This document shows positions 39,158-48,840 of a stretch of DNA of 64,000 nucleotides, one piece after another; position 1 is the stretch's first letter; every line of letters starts with the position of its first letter. The DNA comes from Schmidtea polychroa. Lineage: Eukaryota. A program made the position numbers and the translations under genes. The notes beneath the pieces were generated by a model, which had not been told where the DNA came from, did no database searches, and saw nothing but the letters and a program-made list of their open reading frames with translations. The stretch lies in the NCBI GenBank assembly GCA_044892525.1, contig CM097887.1, forward strand, positions 23,622,001 to 23,686,000, in the 5' to 3' direction.

Positions 39158-39796
39158 ATGTGGCCCGGAGCAACCCTCGTAATAATGATAATAATAATAA
39201 ACGAAATTCAAGCGAAACAGTCAACCCAAAAAGGCCAGAAGATTACCGAGAATCAGATTTTCCCACAAGACCTCATAACCAAATTAAGAAACGGAAGAAA
39301 ATCCTACAACCACATCCAGAAACAATGTTGGAACAAAGCCGTCTGGCAAAAGATTCAAACGCAACTCATCCTGCAAACCCAAAAAATCGAACAACTCAAA
39401 ACTCTTCTACAAAAACAAACTATCCAACAATCCTTGAAAGAAACCATCGTGAAGAAGGAAGCCAAAGAGAGTCAAGTCTTACTCTATATTACAATCAGTG
39501 AAACCATCATCATCTGCACGCTAGTCATCTGGAAAGCGTATGATATCCATCGAACATGGCAAAGAAATCAGCCACTTACCGAGAAACCCAAAAGAAAGAA
39601 ACCACGAACAAGAAACGTACCAAAGCGGACAGTACATTTTCAACAATCCGATCCACCTGACCTATCTCCCAGCCAGATACCCGCGACAATTCAACTCACC
39701 ACAGCGACAACATCGACAAGCCATCCAATCCAGAATTCCCAAGATTCTCGACAATCAACCAGCGATGACAGTAATCATGACATCGACTATCCATGA
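39158..39796 (+). CDS. Cassette ORF6: predicted type I membrane protein
   Basis: Signal peptide MWPGATLVIMIIIINEIQA, Q/K-rich helical ectodomain, TM VLLYITISETIIICTLVIW, basic then S/T/P-rich tail. ATG follows AATAG-T. Confidence 0.65.
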   Translation: MWPGATLVIMIIIINEIQAKQSTQKGQKITENQIFPQDLITKLRNGRKSYNHIQKQCWNKAVWQKIQTQLILQTQKIEQLKTLLQKQTIQQSLKETIVKKEAKESQVLLYITISETIIICTLVIWKAYDIHRTWQRNQPLTEKPKRKKPRTRNVPKRTVHFQQSDPPDLSPSQIPATIQLTTATTSTSHPIQNSQDSRQSTSDDSNHDIDYP

Positions 39797-39921
39797 ACTT
39801 TGTGTATATAAATCTGGTCACCTTAAGTGACATCTGCTTGCTTTATATTTGTCCTTTAACCAGTAATATAGTCTTGTTTTATTTTTGCTTTTTATGTATG
39901 CATGAAGTAAGTTGAGTATGC

Positions 39922-39959
39922 AATTGCGGGACGCAATTTTGTCGGGTCCCCGAGTGATT
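39922..39959 (+). promoter_or_regulatory. Pre-LTR hairpins at the expected polypurine-tract position
   Basis: AATTGCG-GGA-CGCAATT (7 bp stem), TTT, then TCGGG-TC-CCCGA and GTGATT immediately before TGTTGGG. Not a canonical purine run. Confidence 0.4.
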
Positions 39960-40292
39960 TGTTGGGCTGAGTCGAAAACTTAACTTTTGAAAATTTAGAA
40001 AATAAGACAGTAGGATATTAAAGAAAATAAAAATAAAATAAATAAATTCAGGAATAAAATAGAATAAGAAATAAGAGAAACAATAATTAGAAAATAAGAA
40101 TTAAAACAAAATAAAAATAAGAAAAATTAAAATAAGACAATTGAATGACGAACAAAATAATGTAAAATTCAATAAATAATGAGGAAATTAAGGAAATAAA
40201 TAGAAAATATAGTAAAAATAAAGGAAATAAGGAAAAATAACCAAAAAACAGGAAAAAGTAAATTAAATTAAGAAAATAAGCGGTACTCAATT

Positions 40293-40329
40293 CTGATTGG
40301 TCCGCATACATGCAAAAATACTATATAAA
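40293..40329 (+). promoter_or_regulatory. Inverted CCAAT box plus TATA box of LTR-B
   Basis: CTGATTGG 40293-40300 and TATATAAA 40322-40329 after a ~300 bp A-rich tract. Confidence 0.7.
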
Positions 40330-42752
40330 CAGACACGAAACTCATTGCAATCACTGTTAATTTCAACTTGCTATAGACGATAACCACGCAGAATTTACGG
40401 AACCTACTCAAAGAATAATATTCAACACGAAATCATCGCTATTTAAGGAAACGACAGGATCAAGGACTAATAGACAAACCTCACAGGAAACTAGCTCGTA
40501 AACTTCGACTCAGCCCACAATAAATTTCGAATCGATAACTATAGTAAGAAAAGTTTCTATTTGTTTTTAGATTATTAATTATTATGAAGTATTACCTAAC
40601 GATTGAAAACTTTGTTTAATAATAGCGTGTCTTTTCATTTGATTTCCCCGTAATGGATTTTGATTAAATTAACTATTTTAATGTCTTATAGTAAACATTC
40701 ATAAATAAATTATTTATTTCAGGAAGTTTTTGATGATGTGTTTTCATGCATGAATATCTTACGAATCTAAATTTTTATGAGAAACGTGGCGTTAAGACGG
40801 ATGGCGTCATGGTAAGAGGTGCCTTCGGGAGCTCTGCCGGTGGACGTGCATCGTTTCAATCACGCAGCTGGATTGGGCCTGAAAGTGAGGGTCCAATCGC
40901 TGAAGATGACTTAAAATTTGATTTGAGTGACAGAAATTTGGTCATAGTAGTAGTTCTAAGCCTATAATGGAGTATAGCTATGCGATTTACAGTGATTGAG
41001 GTGAACACTCTATCTATACGTACAAGCTCCGAGGGTACTGAGTAGCTCTTCGAGAGAAACATGCGAGCTAATAATGAAAATCTCTGAAGTGACTGTCTCT
41101 ATTCGTTCGAAACTTGGCTCTAAGCTCGAGTGAAATTTAGTCTCCATTTACTTTGACAATAATTACGTTTTTCGGAAATCATCTTTTACCTTCTAAGAAA
41201 GTACAATCACGGCGGGTATAAAAGAAATTCAATCATAAATTAAGACATATGAGGACATTTTATTTAAAACACCGTTATGAACAGATTGTCTACTACCTGA
41301 ATCAGTCTCCTTTTCTACGACTCCACATGAGAGGCATCATCGTCGAAACAGCTCTTATAGTCACCTTCTAGTTAATCTAGGGAGACGTTTCCGCACCTGT
41401 TATATCCAACGGCGGAAGACACGATAGTTAGTGACGAAATCCAATTTCGTAGAACAGTTGTGAATTAATAGGCAATGATGCCATCATAAAATTTTCTAAC
41501 ACACGATAAGTAGATAAGTAAAGTCCAGCACACGTTAGTAGGTTCTATGAACACGGATTGGTGAGAAGTGAACGATTTGAATTTTCCAGCGTTACGTGCA
41601 TGGATTGATAAGAGGTTCATCAAGCAACACATGAATAGATAAACCTTATGAGAGTGATTGTTGATAAGCACACTGCCACTAATCTCACCTGACAGTACAC
41701 ACGATAAGATTTTGAGCAATGTGAATAGCAAGGAGTGATCACATTAGATAAGAAATAGCACGAAACGCAGAACTCCGGTTGTTAACTCTCAGATCATGTT
41801 GCTGATAAAATATTAATGTCACTAACCAGATAAATTAACCAAATCTGTAACCGACTGCAGAATGTCCAGACGCATTAAAGTACATTTATAAATTGACCCT
41901 TCTCAATTATCATCGAAATTGTTGGGTAATTATTGTAGACAATCCTAAATTTCAACTAAGCAATACGATAAAGTCATATGAGCCTTTACTACAGTGAATT
42001 GTCGGAAGTACGGTTAAACGCCTGAATAGATAAAATCCCATCCAAATGATTTCCAAAAGAATCCTAAATAATTAGACTAAATTTTCTAACCTAACTAATA
42101 AGCTTGTATTTTAAAAATTTCTAACCCCTTAGTAAATAATGCATGCTTATAACCCTGTCATGAGAATCACGAGTTACTCTACCGTTTGAGTATATTAATA
42201 TAATCCTACACTCCGGATAACAATCTCAAGGTGTGGTTTGAAGGTAGCACCAGTAGAAGGGTATGACGAGTGAATTGACTGAATTCAGTAGCGCTAATAG
42301 TATAACTCTGCAATAGTTTCGTTTTTCTAGAGACCTTAACTAGCAGCTCAAACAACAACCTAAAGTTAATTAAGCAAAAACCGACAGTACAGTAAATGAT
42401 AATACAACCTACTTTAACGGGTAATCAGCGATATTTTGAGTAATCACCATAGGAAAAAAATAATAGTTAGTAGTAGTCAACCAACCAGTAACAGTAAAAC
42501 GAATTATAATTAACCAGGGTAAGCAAAAAGCGGAGAATATTATAAGTAATTATTTAAGAGTAGTGTACGACATATCTGGCGCTACCGCTAAAATCGATCT
42601 AATAATAGGTTCAATAATTCCAAGGGAGGGTTCCTTTCTCTACTTCCTGTGTTTGTTTATATCTGATAGTAATTCAGCCACTACTCCCAATTCCCAATTC
42701 ACAGTCATAGTATAACTTAACCCTCATGTTTCCTTCTTTACAGTTATTCAAC

Positions 42753-43502
42753 ATGTTACCGAACAACAAGTCAGTACTACAGCCTTGCTTCTCCTGTGCA
42801 GATAAAAATGCAGTGATTAAAGATCTACAAACCCAGATCGGTCGATACAAGCGTAAAATCGACGAGCTGGAAGGCACATGGTTCAGCCCAGTGCAAATGA
42901 AAGAAGTGCAGAAAAAGCTATACCGTAGGGAGCACTGCCGGGACGCTCTAATCTCCGAGAGCCGCTCCCAACGAAGCTTAATTAAAGAACAATCCGAAGC
43001 GCTACATAAGGTATATGTACAAGCAGCAACAACTAAGAAAATCGTTCAAATCCCCCTCAATGAAGCCGATAATCTGTTCCCAGTGCACCACGACACCTCG
43101 GCGAAGTCATCGTCTCCATTTAAGAGATCATGTCGTGAGTGTGTAGAAACCGAGCTTTCACCGAAATGTCTAGATATTATCTTCACGGGGACTAGTAAAG
43201 CACAGCCCAACATCATACCCACATCCGCAGGGCCGCAGGTGAATCAACCAATATCGAAACCTAAACGCCGGCAACTATCGAGGGCCGAGCGCAAGAAGAG
43301 GCAGCGCGAACGAGCGTTAACCAAATCAAACAACCCCTCAACGGGAAATCCGATCAATATCGACAACTCCCACATATCCATCGATCTAACCACAGGAATC
43401 CCAGCGCGGATTATCTCAGCCGCTGGTGTGACATGGGAGGAAAATGCCGCCGAATTCTTCGATTTAGATGAATTGCTAAAAGACACCGAGTGGGAGAAAT
43501 GA
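42753..43502 (+). CDS. LTR-encoded 249 aa protein (CxxC, coiled coil, basic NLS-like tract, acidic-hydrophobic C-terminus)
   Basis: Intact ORF 9 nt after a TTTACAG acceptor (AG 42742-42743). Motifs CFSC, KPKRRQLSRAERKKRQRER and EFFDLDELLKDTEWEK*. Homolog at 26967-27742. Confidence 0.8.
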   Translation: MLPNNKSVLQPCFSCADKNAVIKDLQTQIGRYKRKIDELEGTWFSPVQMKEVQKKLYRREHCRDALISESRSQRSLIKEQSEALHKVYVQAATTKKIVQIPLNEADNLFPVHHDTSAKSSSPFKRSCRECVETELSPKCLDIIFTGTSKAQPNIIPTSAGPQVNQPISKPKRRQLSRAERKKRQRERALTKSNNPSTGNPINIDNSHISIDLTTGIPARIISAAGVTWEENAAEFFDLDELLKDTEWEK

Positions 43503-43770
43503 ACACCCACCGCGAAATGCTCTCCTTGACTACCATCTGATATACTCTTTTGTCTTGTATTTTCATTGATTCTCTCCCTTATGATAGTAACCTTTGCAAT
43601 GTACAAAATTCAGTGTTATAATATTATAATAAAAGTGTTGCTCTTATCTGTCTTTTGGTGAGGAATTACGTACCGATTTTTGGGTGAATGAAAGTTTTCT
43701 AGATTTGAAGTGTCTCAGTAAATTTGCATTCGGCGTACTTTAGCGGGGGTTTTGACAGCGTGATTAGACG

Positions 43771-43890
43771 TAAGCCCTCCTATCGGCGGTCGTGTGGAAG
43801 AAAGTCGAGGCCTCAGTAAGGAGTAGTTCTAAGGCAGGGGCTCACCTGCTTACTGGCGTCTCGTCGGCATAGTACAGTTCCAACGTGAAA
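43771..43890 (+). other. Conserved structured element near the 3' end of LTR-B
   Basis: TAAGCCCTCCTATCGGC (43771-43787), then CAGTAAG-GAGTAGTTCTAAGG-CAGG-GGCTCA-CCTG-CTTACTG (43814-43855). Confidence 0.7.
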
Positions 43891-44028
43891 TAATTCACGG
43901 GACTATGTTGAAGGATAGGTTATGTGGGGTTCTACTCAAATTTGACAAAAGGATAGCTATTAGGCGAAAATGGACAATCACCCCTTAGAGCGTTAATATA
44001 GGGCGGTCAACCGAGTGGTACCCCAACA

Positions 44029-44303
44029 CTTACGAAAATGAAACAAATTTTGAACAAGCTAGGAATAATAACTTCGAGAAGTACAAAAATTTAGCAATTG
44101 ATATAGGCCATGCACACAACTGCAAAACCTCACTGCTAACTCTTGTTATTGGTACACTTGGCACATGGGATAGGAAGAACGACAAAGACCTAAGGATAAT
44201 TGGTCTGAGTAAAGCAGAAATTAAAGCTCTAGCAAATAAAGCCTGTACAGCAGCCGTAATCAGCAGCTACCACATATACAGAGAGCACATCTACAAAGAC
44301 TAA
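44029..44303 (+). mobile_element. 3' end of an REL-endonuclease non-LTR retrotransposon (NeSL/R2/R4-type); target of the LTR element
   Basis: (P)YENETNFEQARNNNFEKYKNLA...LVIGTLGTWDRKNDKDLRIIGL...SSYHIYREH*. Not in the ORF track. Confidence 0.85.
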
Positions 44304-45399
44304 CACATACCTCCATATTTCTTTATATATTATCTATCTCTCAAAGCATTACCTTATTTATATCAAATCTATTCTCTATTATACTAAAATATTAACTATC
44401 CCTTTGCAATGATGAGATTGATAGATGGTATTGTTTGTATTTTGAGTACTGCGTATGATTGTACTGTTATTGATAATAGCAATNNNNNNNNNNNNNNNNN
44501 NNNNNNNNNNNNNNNNNNNNNNNNNNNNNNNNNNNNNNNNNNNNNNNNNNNNNNNNNNNNNNNNNNNNNNNNNNNNNNNNNNNNNNNNNNNNNNNNNNNN
44601 NNNNNNNNNNNNNNNNNNNNNNNNNNNNNNNNNNNNNNNNNNNNNNNNNATACTAATAATAATATTAATAATAATAATAAAGAGTAATCCCTTAAGCTTA
44701 ATTGACAAAAATATATTTGCAATAACCTAAACCATACACCTCTTCGGGTAACCGACTTATTTACTAGAAAGGACCCACCATGATGAATATCCAATGATGA
44801 ATAGAGCAATACCACTCCGACTGCCTGACACTACCTCAATCGTCAATCACTTAAAAACATGGCCTGCCGGAGCTCCTTAAGCTGCACCTGTAGTCCAGCA
44901 ATCAGAAAAACATATTAATCAGAAGCCAACCAACGTGAAAATCTATCCAGTTATAGACAGGGAAAAACCATACTCTACTCCAATGACATATTTGACACCT
45001 ATCCCTCAATCCAATCAAACTACGGAACCCAAACCCAACTCCAATGACTAATTTCTCAAACAATCAAATCAATCAAACATTTCATATATCGCATCACTTA
45101 TCTTATTGTGTTTTAACGTTTAATCCAAGAAACCTTAACCCAATCACTCCAACCAATCCAACCAGAAGGCCATAGTACCCTATGTGCCAATATCCAAATT
45201 TTTGTGTTGTCTTACTTTATATCTATATTATAGTAATTTTTAGTAACGTCACCACCACACCTGGCTTACGACAACCTTTCTAAACCAATAAATATCAATT
45301 CCTTCCACCAATACCTTCCAAACTATACCTATCAATACTACATCTTCCTTTCAAACCCTTAACCCTCAATCCCATACAATCAGTGTTCTCAGTTACAAT

Positions 45400-47170
45400 C
45401 CGAAAAAGATGATTGATATTGATAATGTTGATATTATTATGAAACACCCGCATATTGACAAAATACATCGAACTAAAGTAGCATGTGTTACACCGATGTA
45501 GGTACTACTATTGGAATCAGATAGCGAATAACATTATACAGCAGTTCCTGATTTACAACGACTAATAAATTTCCGCAAAACTCATAGTTACACAGTCCGT
45601 ATCCAATGCAGATGGTGCGAGACATGTTTCAGAAAAGAGAAACAGCTTTTACCAAGCATGCAATATTATGTAAAAAGAATCAATTGGGCACCAATTATAC
45701 ACGTTACCATATCACAAGGACCTAAAATTTAATGAATGGTCAAAAATAGTAACTCCTCCATTTGTCATATATGCCGACTTTGAAGCGATTTTGCCTCTGG
45801 ATAAATGATATCACCAGAAACATCGATAGCAGCGGAGTTGTTACTGGTAATTAATTTTACAGGGGCCACAAAATATATGGATTTTATTTTGGCAGATTGT
45901 GTATATCGTTTTCTGGTTGAAGTTGAAAATATTGTAAATAGTATCGTGAGGGTTTATTACAAGAAAATGGGCCATATGCAAATGAATTTCCTCACTAATC
46001 AAGAAAAATTGCAGTTCCGCACATCAGTAAATTGTTGTGAAAAAAACCTATGTTAGAGCAAATGAGATACCGTCATCACTTTACGGGCAAATATCTAGGA
46101 CCCGCATGCAATGTATGCAATAAACAACGAAAAATCAGAGAAACATCGCCTGTCTTATTTCATAATCTTAAAGAATATGATTTACACCATATATTGAAAT
46201 ACGGACTCAATCAGTTTTCTCATCGGGGTCCCAGTTGCATTCCAAAAAGAACTGGGAAATTTTTAACATTGATAGCATGGCTGGGAAATTTCATAATAGG
46301 ATTTATAGACTCATACCAAATTGTTAATACTTCGTTGTACAATGCAGTTAAAACATTGAACGAATTAGCATTGATTCGTTCAGTTTTTAATACTTGAACT
46401 AATATTAATAACACAGGTATATTTCCTTACGATTTTGCCACCAGTTAGGAAATCCTAGAAACAACGTATGAATTGCCTTCTATTTAGGAAAATGTTACTA
46501 ATGAAGCGTATGAAATAGCGCGACAAATATGGTAAGAAACAAAATGCGAAACTCTAATGGATTATTTACAAATATATTTGAAGCTTGATGTGTTTTTGCT
46601 TGCCGATTTTTTTCTACAATTTAGAGTAAAATCAAAAGCACATAACGGACTCGAGCCGCTTAACTTTTTTGGAATCCCTGGAATGACTTAGGCATTTGAA
46701 ATTATCAATTGACATGGAAATGTATAATTACTTCGAGGGTGGAATCCGTGGTGGTCTCATATTTGTAAATAAACACCACGCCGTAACAGATGATGAAACA
46801 GAGTTACTTTATATCGATATAAACAACTTGTACGGGTGGGGACTAAGCCAGAACTTACCATGTGGTGGATTTGAGTGGATATATGATGAAGAAGCGTTAT
46901 TATCAATTAACAGATTAACAATTAACAATTAATATATGAATGATTGCGTTAATAATAGACTGGAATTATTACCATATGGATACACTTAGAAAATGGAATT
47001 AGTTATTCCATGTAATATTCATGATTTATTAGACTATTTTTCAGTGGCTGCTCAGAAAATGTGTCCACGTGTAGCTATCCCTCAATTTGCGCCTATGAGT
47101 GTGAGCATCCATGGATCTACTTCGTAACCATCTTAATTGATTATTACATGCCGAATTGAGGAAATATCAT
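45400..47170 (+). pseudogene. polB: Polinton/adintovirus-type protein-primed DNA polymerase B, heavily degenerate and 3'-truncated
   Basis: PPFVIYADFEAIL (Exo I), HHFTGKYLGPACNVCN, VLFHNLKEYDLHHI, FIDSYQI, GIFPY, YLKLDVFLLAD, EGGIRGG, LYIDINNLYGWGLSQNLP. Many frameshifts and stops. Confidence 0.9.
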
Positions 47171-48255
47171 TTGTCGTGTATTGTGGATAAATAAATCTTT
47201 TTTATATAAATGTTTTGTGTTTTGTTTTATAAATATGTAGTGTCAATAACAATGACCATTTTTATGTAAATAGTATATTATCAATTAGTTTTTTAATATT
47301 TTTACGTATATATTAACTACTGTAATCAATTTTTTATGAAAGTTTTCATTGTTCTAATCAATTTTTGAAACTTTTAATAAATATTATAATTAAAATTAGT
47401 GAGTATCAATGCAACATAGTTGTAATTTAAACAAGGCAAATGAGACACACGTGCACGAATCTGATTGGTCATGCTTTGTTATAAATACGTGATGTTTATT
47501 GAAATTAGTCATATTTTACAAATGAAAAAGAAAATGATGACTGAAAAAAATGAAATCCAATAAATGATAGAGTTCAATTGTAACCAGTTCAATTATTCCA
47601 CAATTACAAAATGTATTTTTTTAAATATTCCAAGTTAATAAATCCGATAAAGTTATGCAAAACTCCTTATCCACATCTGATAGCTATCTTATCACACGAT
47701 GATATTGATGCCTTGAAAAATGTTTTTGCGAAAATAAATAGTCATATTCAAATCACTATAACTGCATTTTTCAATGACCTTTATACTAGATTTTATGATG
47801 GTTTTCAAGAAATCATCTTTAAAGAGAATGAAAATTGGTATATCATAATGTGTATAAGCAAATATTAAGAATAGATCAAAATAATATATTTTCTCCAATA
47901 TCGCGAATAGATCGTGCAAGACTTGCTTTTGGATTATATATATTAATTGTTTTCAAATTTGGGTCACTCAAAATCAAATATTTAGAGCTAACCTGATCCT
48001 TTGATAATAATATTTTGTTTAGATAATTTGGACAAGGCGATTATGCCTTCTTTTTCGGAGCGCCTAATTCCATTTCGTTAAAATGAATTTAGAAGACAAA
48101 GCGATGATTTACGTCTTTCTTATTTTACCTGAAGTCGTGAGATATTTTGTATGTTAATTACTGATATCATGCTAGGTTAATTATAAATAGGGATAGGATA
48201 ATAATTTATTAACTATTATTAATTTTACTCTTATACAAACGGTGTTTTAAATAAA

Positions 48256-48840
48256 ATGACTGGAAACAAAAATTTGTTTTCGGATCCAAAAATAACTGTT
48301 CAAGCACAACTTAATGAAAGAAAGCAGAATGGCACTGCGGTCACTTCCAAACATACCTCCAAGATTATTCCTAGTGATTTTAACAAAGACCTCATTGAGA
48401 ATTCCTTACCAGAACCTTCTAAAAAAATGAGAAAAGCCTGGCTTTTTTTTAAAGAAGCAGGCCCGAATAAAGTAAAATACAAACTTTGTGAGTACAGTAT
48501 TAAAATGAAAAAAATGGCATGATATATCATATTTCTGAAAATCACAAAACGTATATGACAAAAGTTGATGAAAATATTAGTAGAAGCGAAGATTTATCCG
48601 AGCTTTTGTACAGATTGATTCTTGAAGATGGTTTGCCGCTGAAATTTCTTGATTCAAAGAATTTTAAAGCATTTGTGACCTTTCATTTTTAATATTCCAC
48701 CCAGACGAGAATTTACAACAACAGGCCATACGAAAATACATGCCAAAATATTTTATTGTTGCTCGGTTTCATTTATAACAGATACCTGGACTTCTAAATC
48801 AAGTGAATCTTTTATAGTAATTACACCCCATTTTATAGAT
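48256..48840 (+). mobile_element. hAT (Ac-like, BED finger) 5' fragment
   Basis: KAWLFF..KVKYKLC BED remnant, EDGLPLKFLDS, ITDTWTS..SFIVIT.HFID; cut by the next element at 48841. Confidence 0.7.

Larger units (their letters stand above)
39960..44028 (+). mobile_element. LTR-B: 4069 bp 3' LTR of the cassette-bearing element
   Basis: Perfect 7 bp terminal inverted repeat TGTTGGG...CCCAACA. The right end falls exactly where an unrelated REL-LINE ORF begins mid-domain. Architecture is shared with LTR-A. Confidence 0.75.

Noticed and set aside
31540-39796. Endogenised RNA virus (e.g. ankyrin-encoding nidovirus) or NCLDV fragment
   Set aside because: No RdRp, helicase or NCLDV core genes; the cassette abuts an LTR-like unit.
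43771-43850. HDV-like, pistol, twister or hammerhead ribozyme at the conserved LTR motif
   Set aside because: GCC-CTCCTATC-GGC resembles an HDV P3/L3, but I could not build P1 and P2 in either copy. There is no CUGAUGA/GAAA core, and the pistol/twister element order does not fit. Kept only as an unclassified structure.
24303-44028. LTR-A and LTR-B as the 5' and 3' LTR of a single insertion
   Set aside because: They are far too diverged (ORFs roughly half identical, most DNA unalignable). LTR-A has no TGG PBS after it and has its own TSD-like flanks. The outer flanks (CTAT versus CTTA) do not match.
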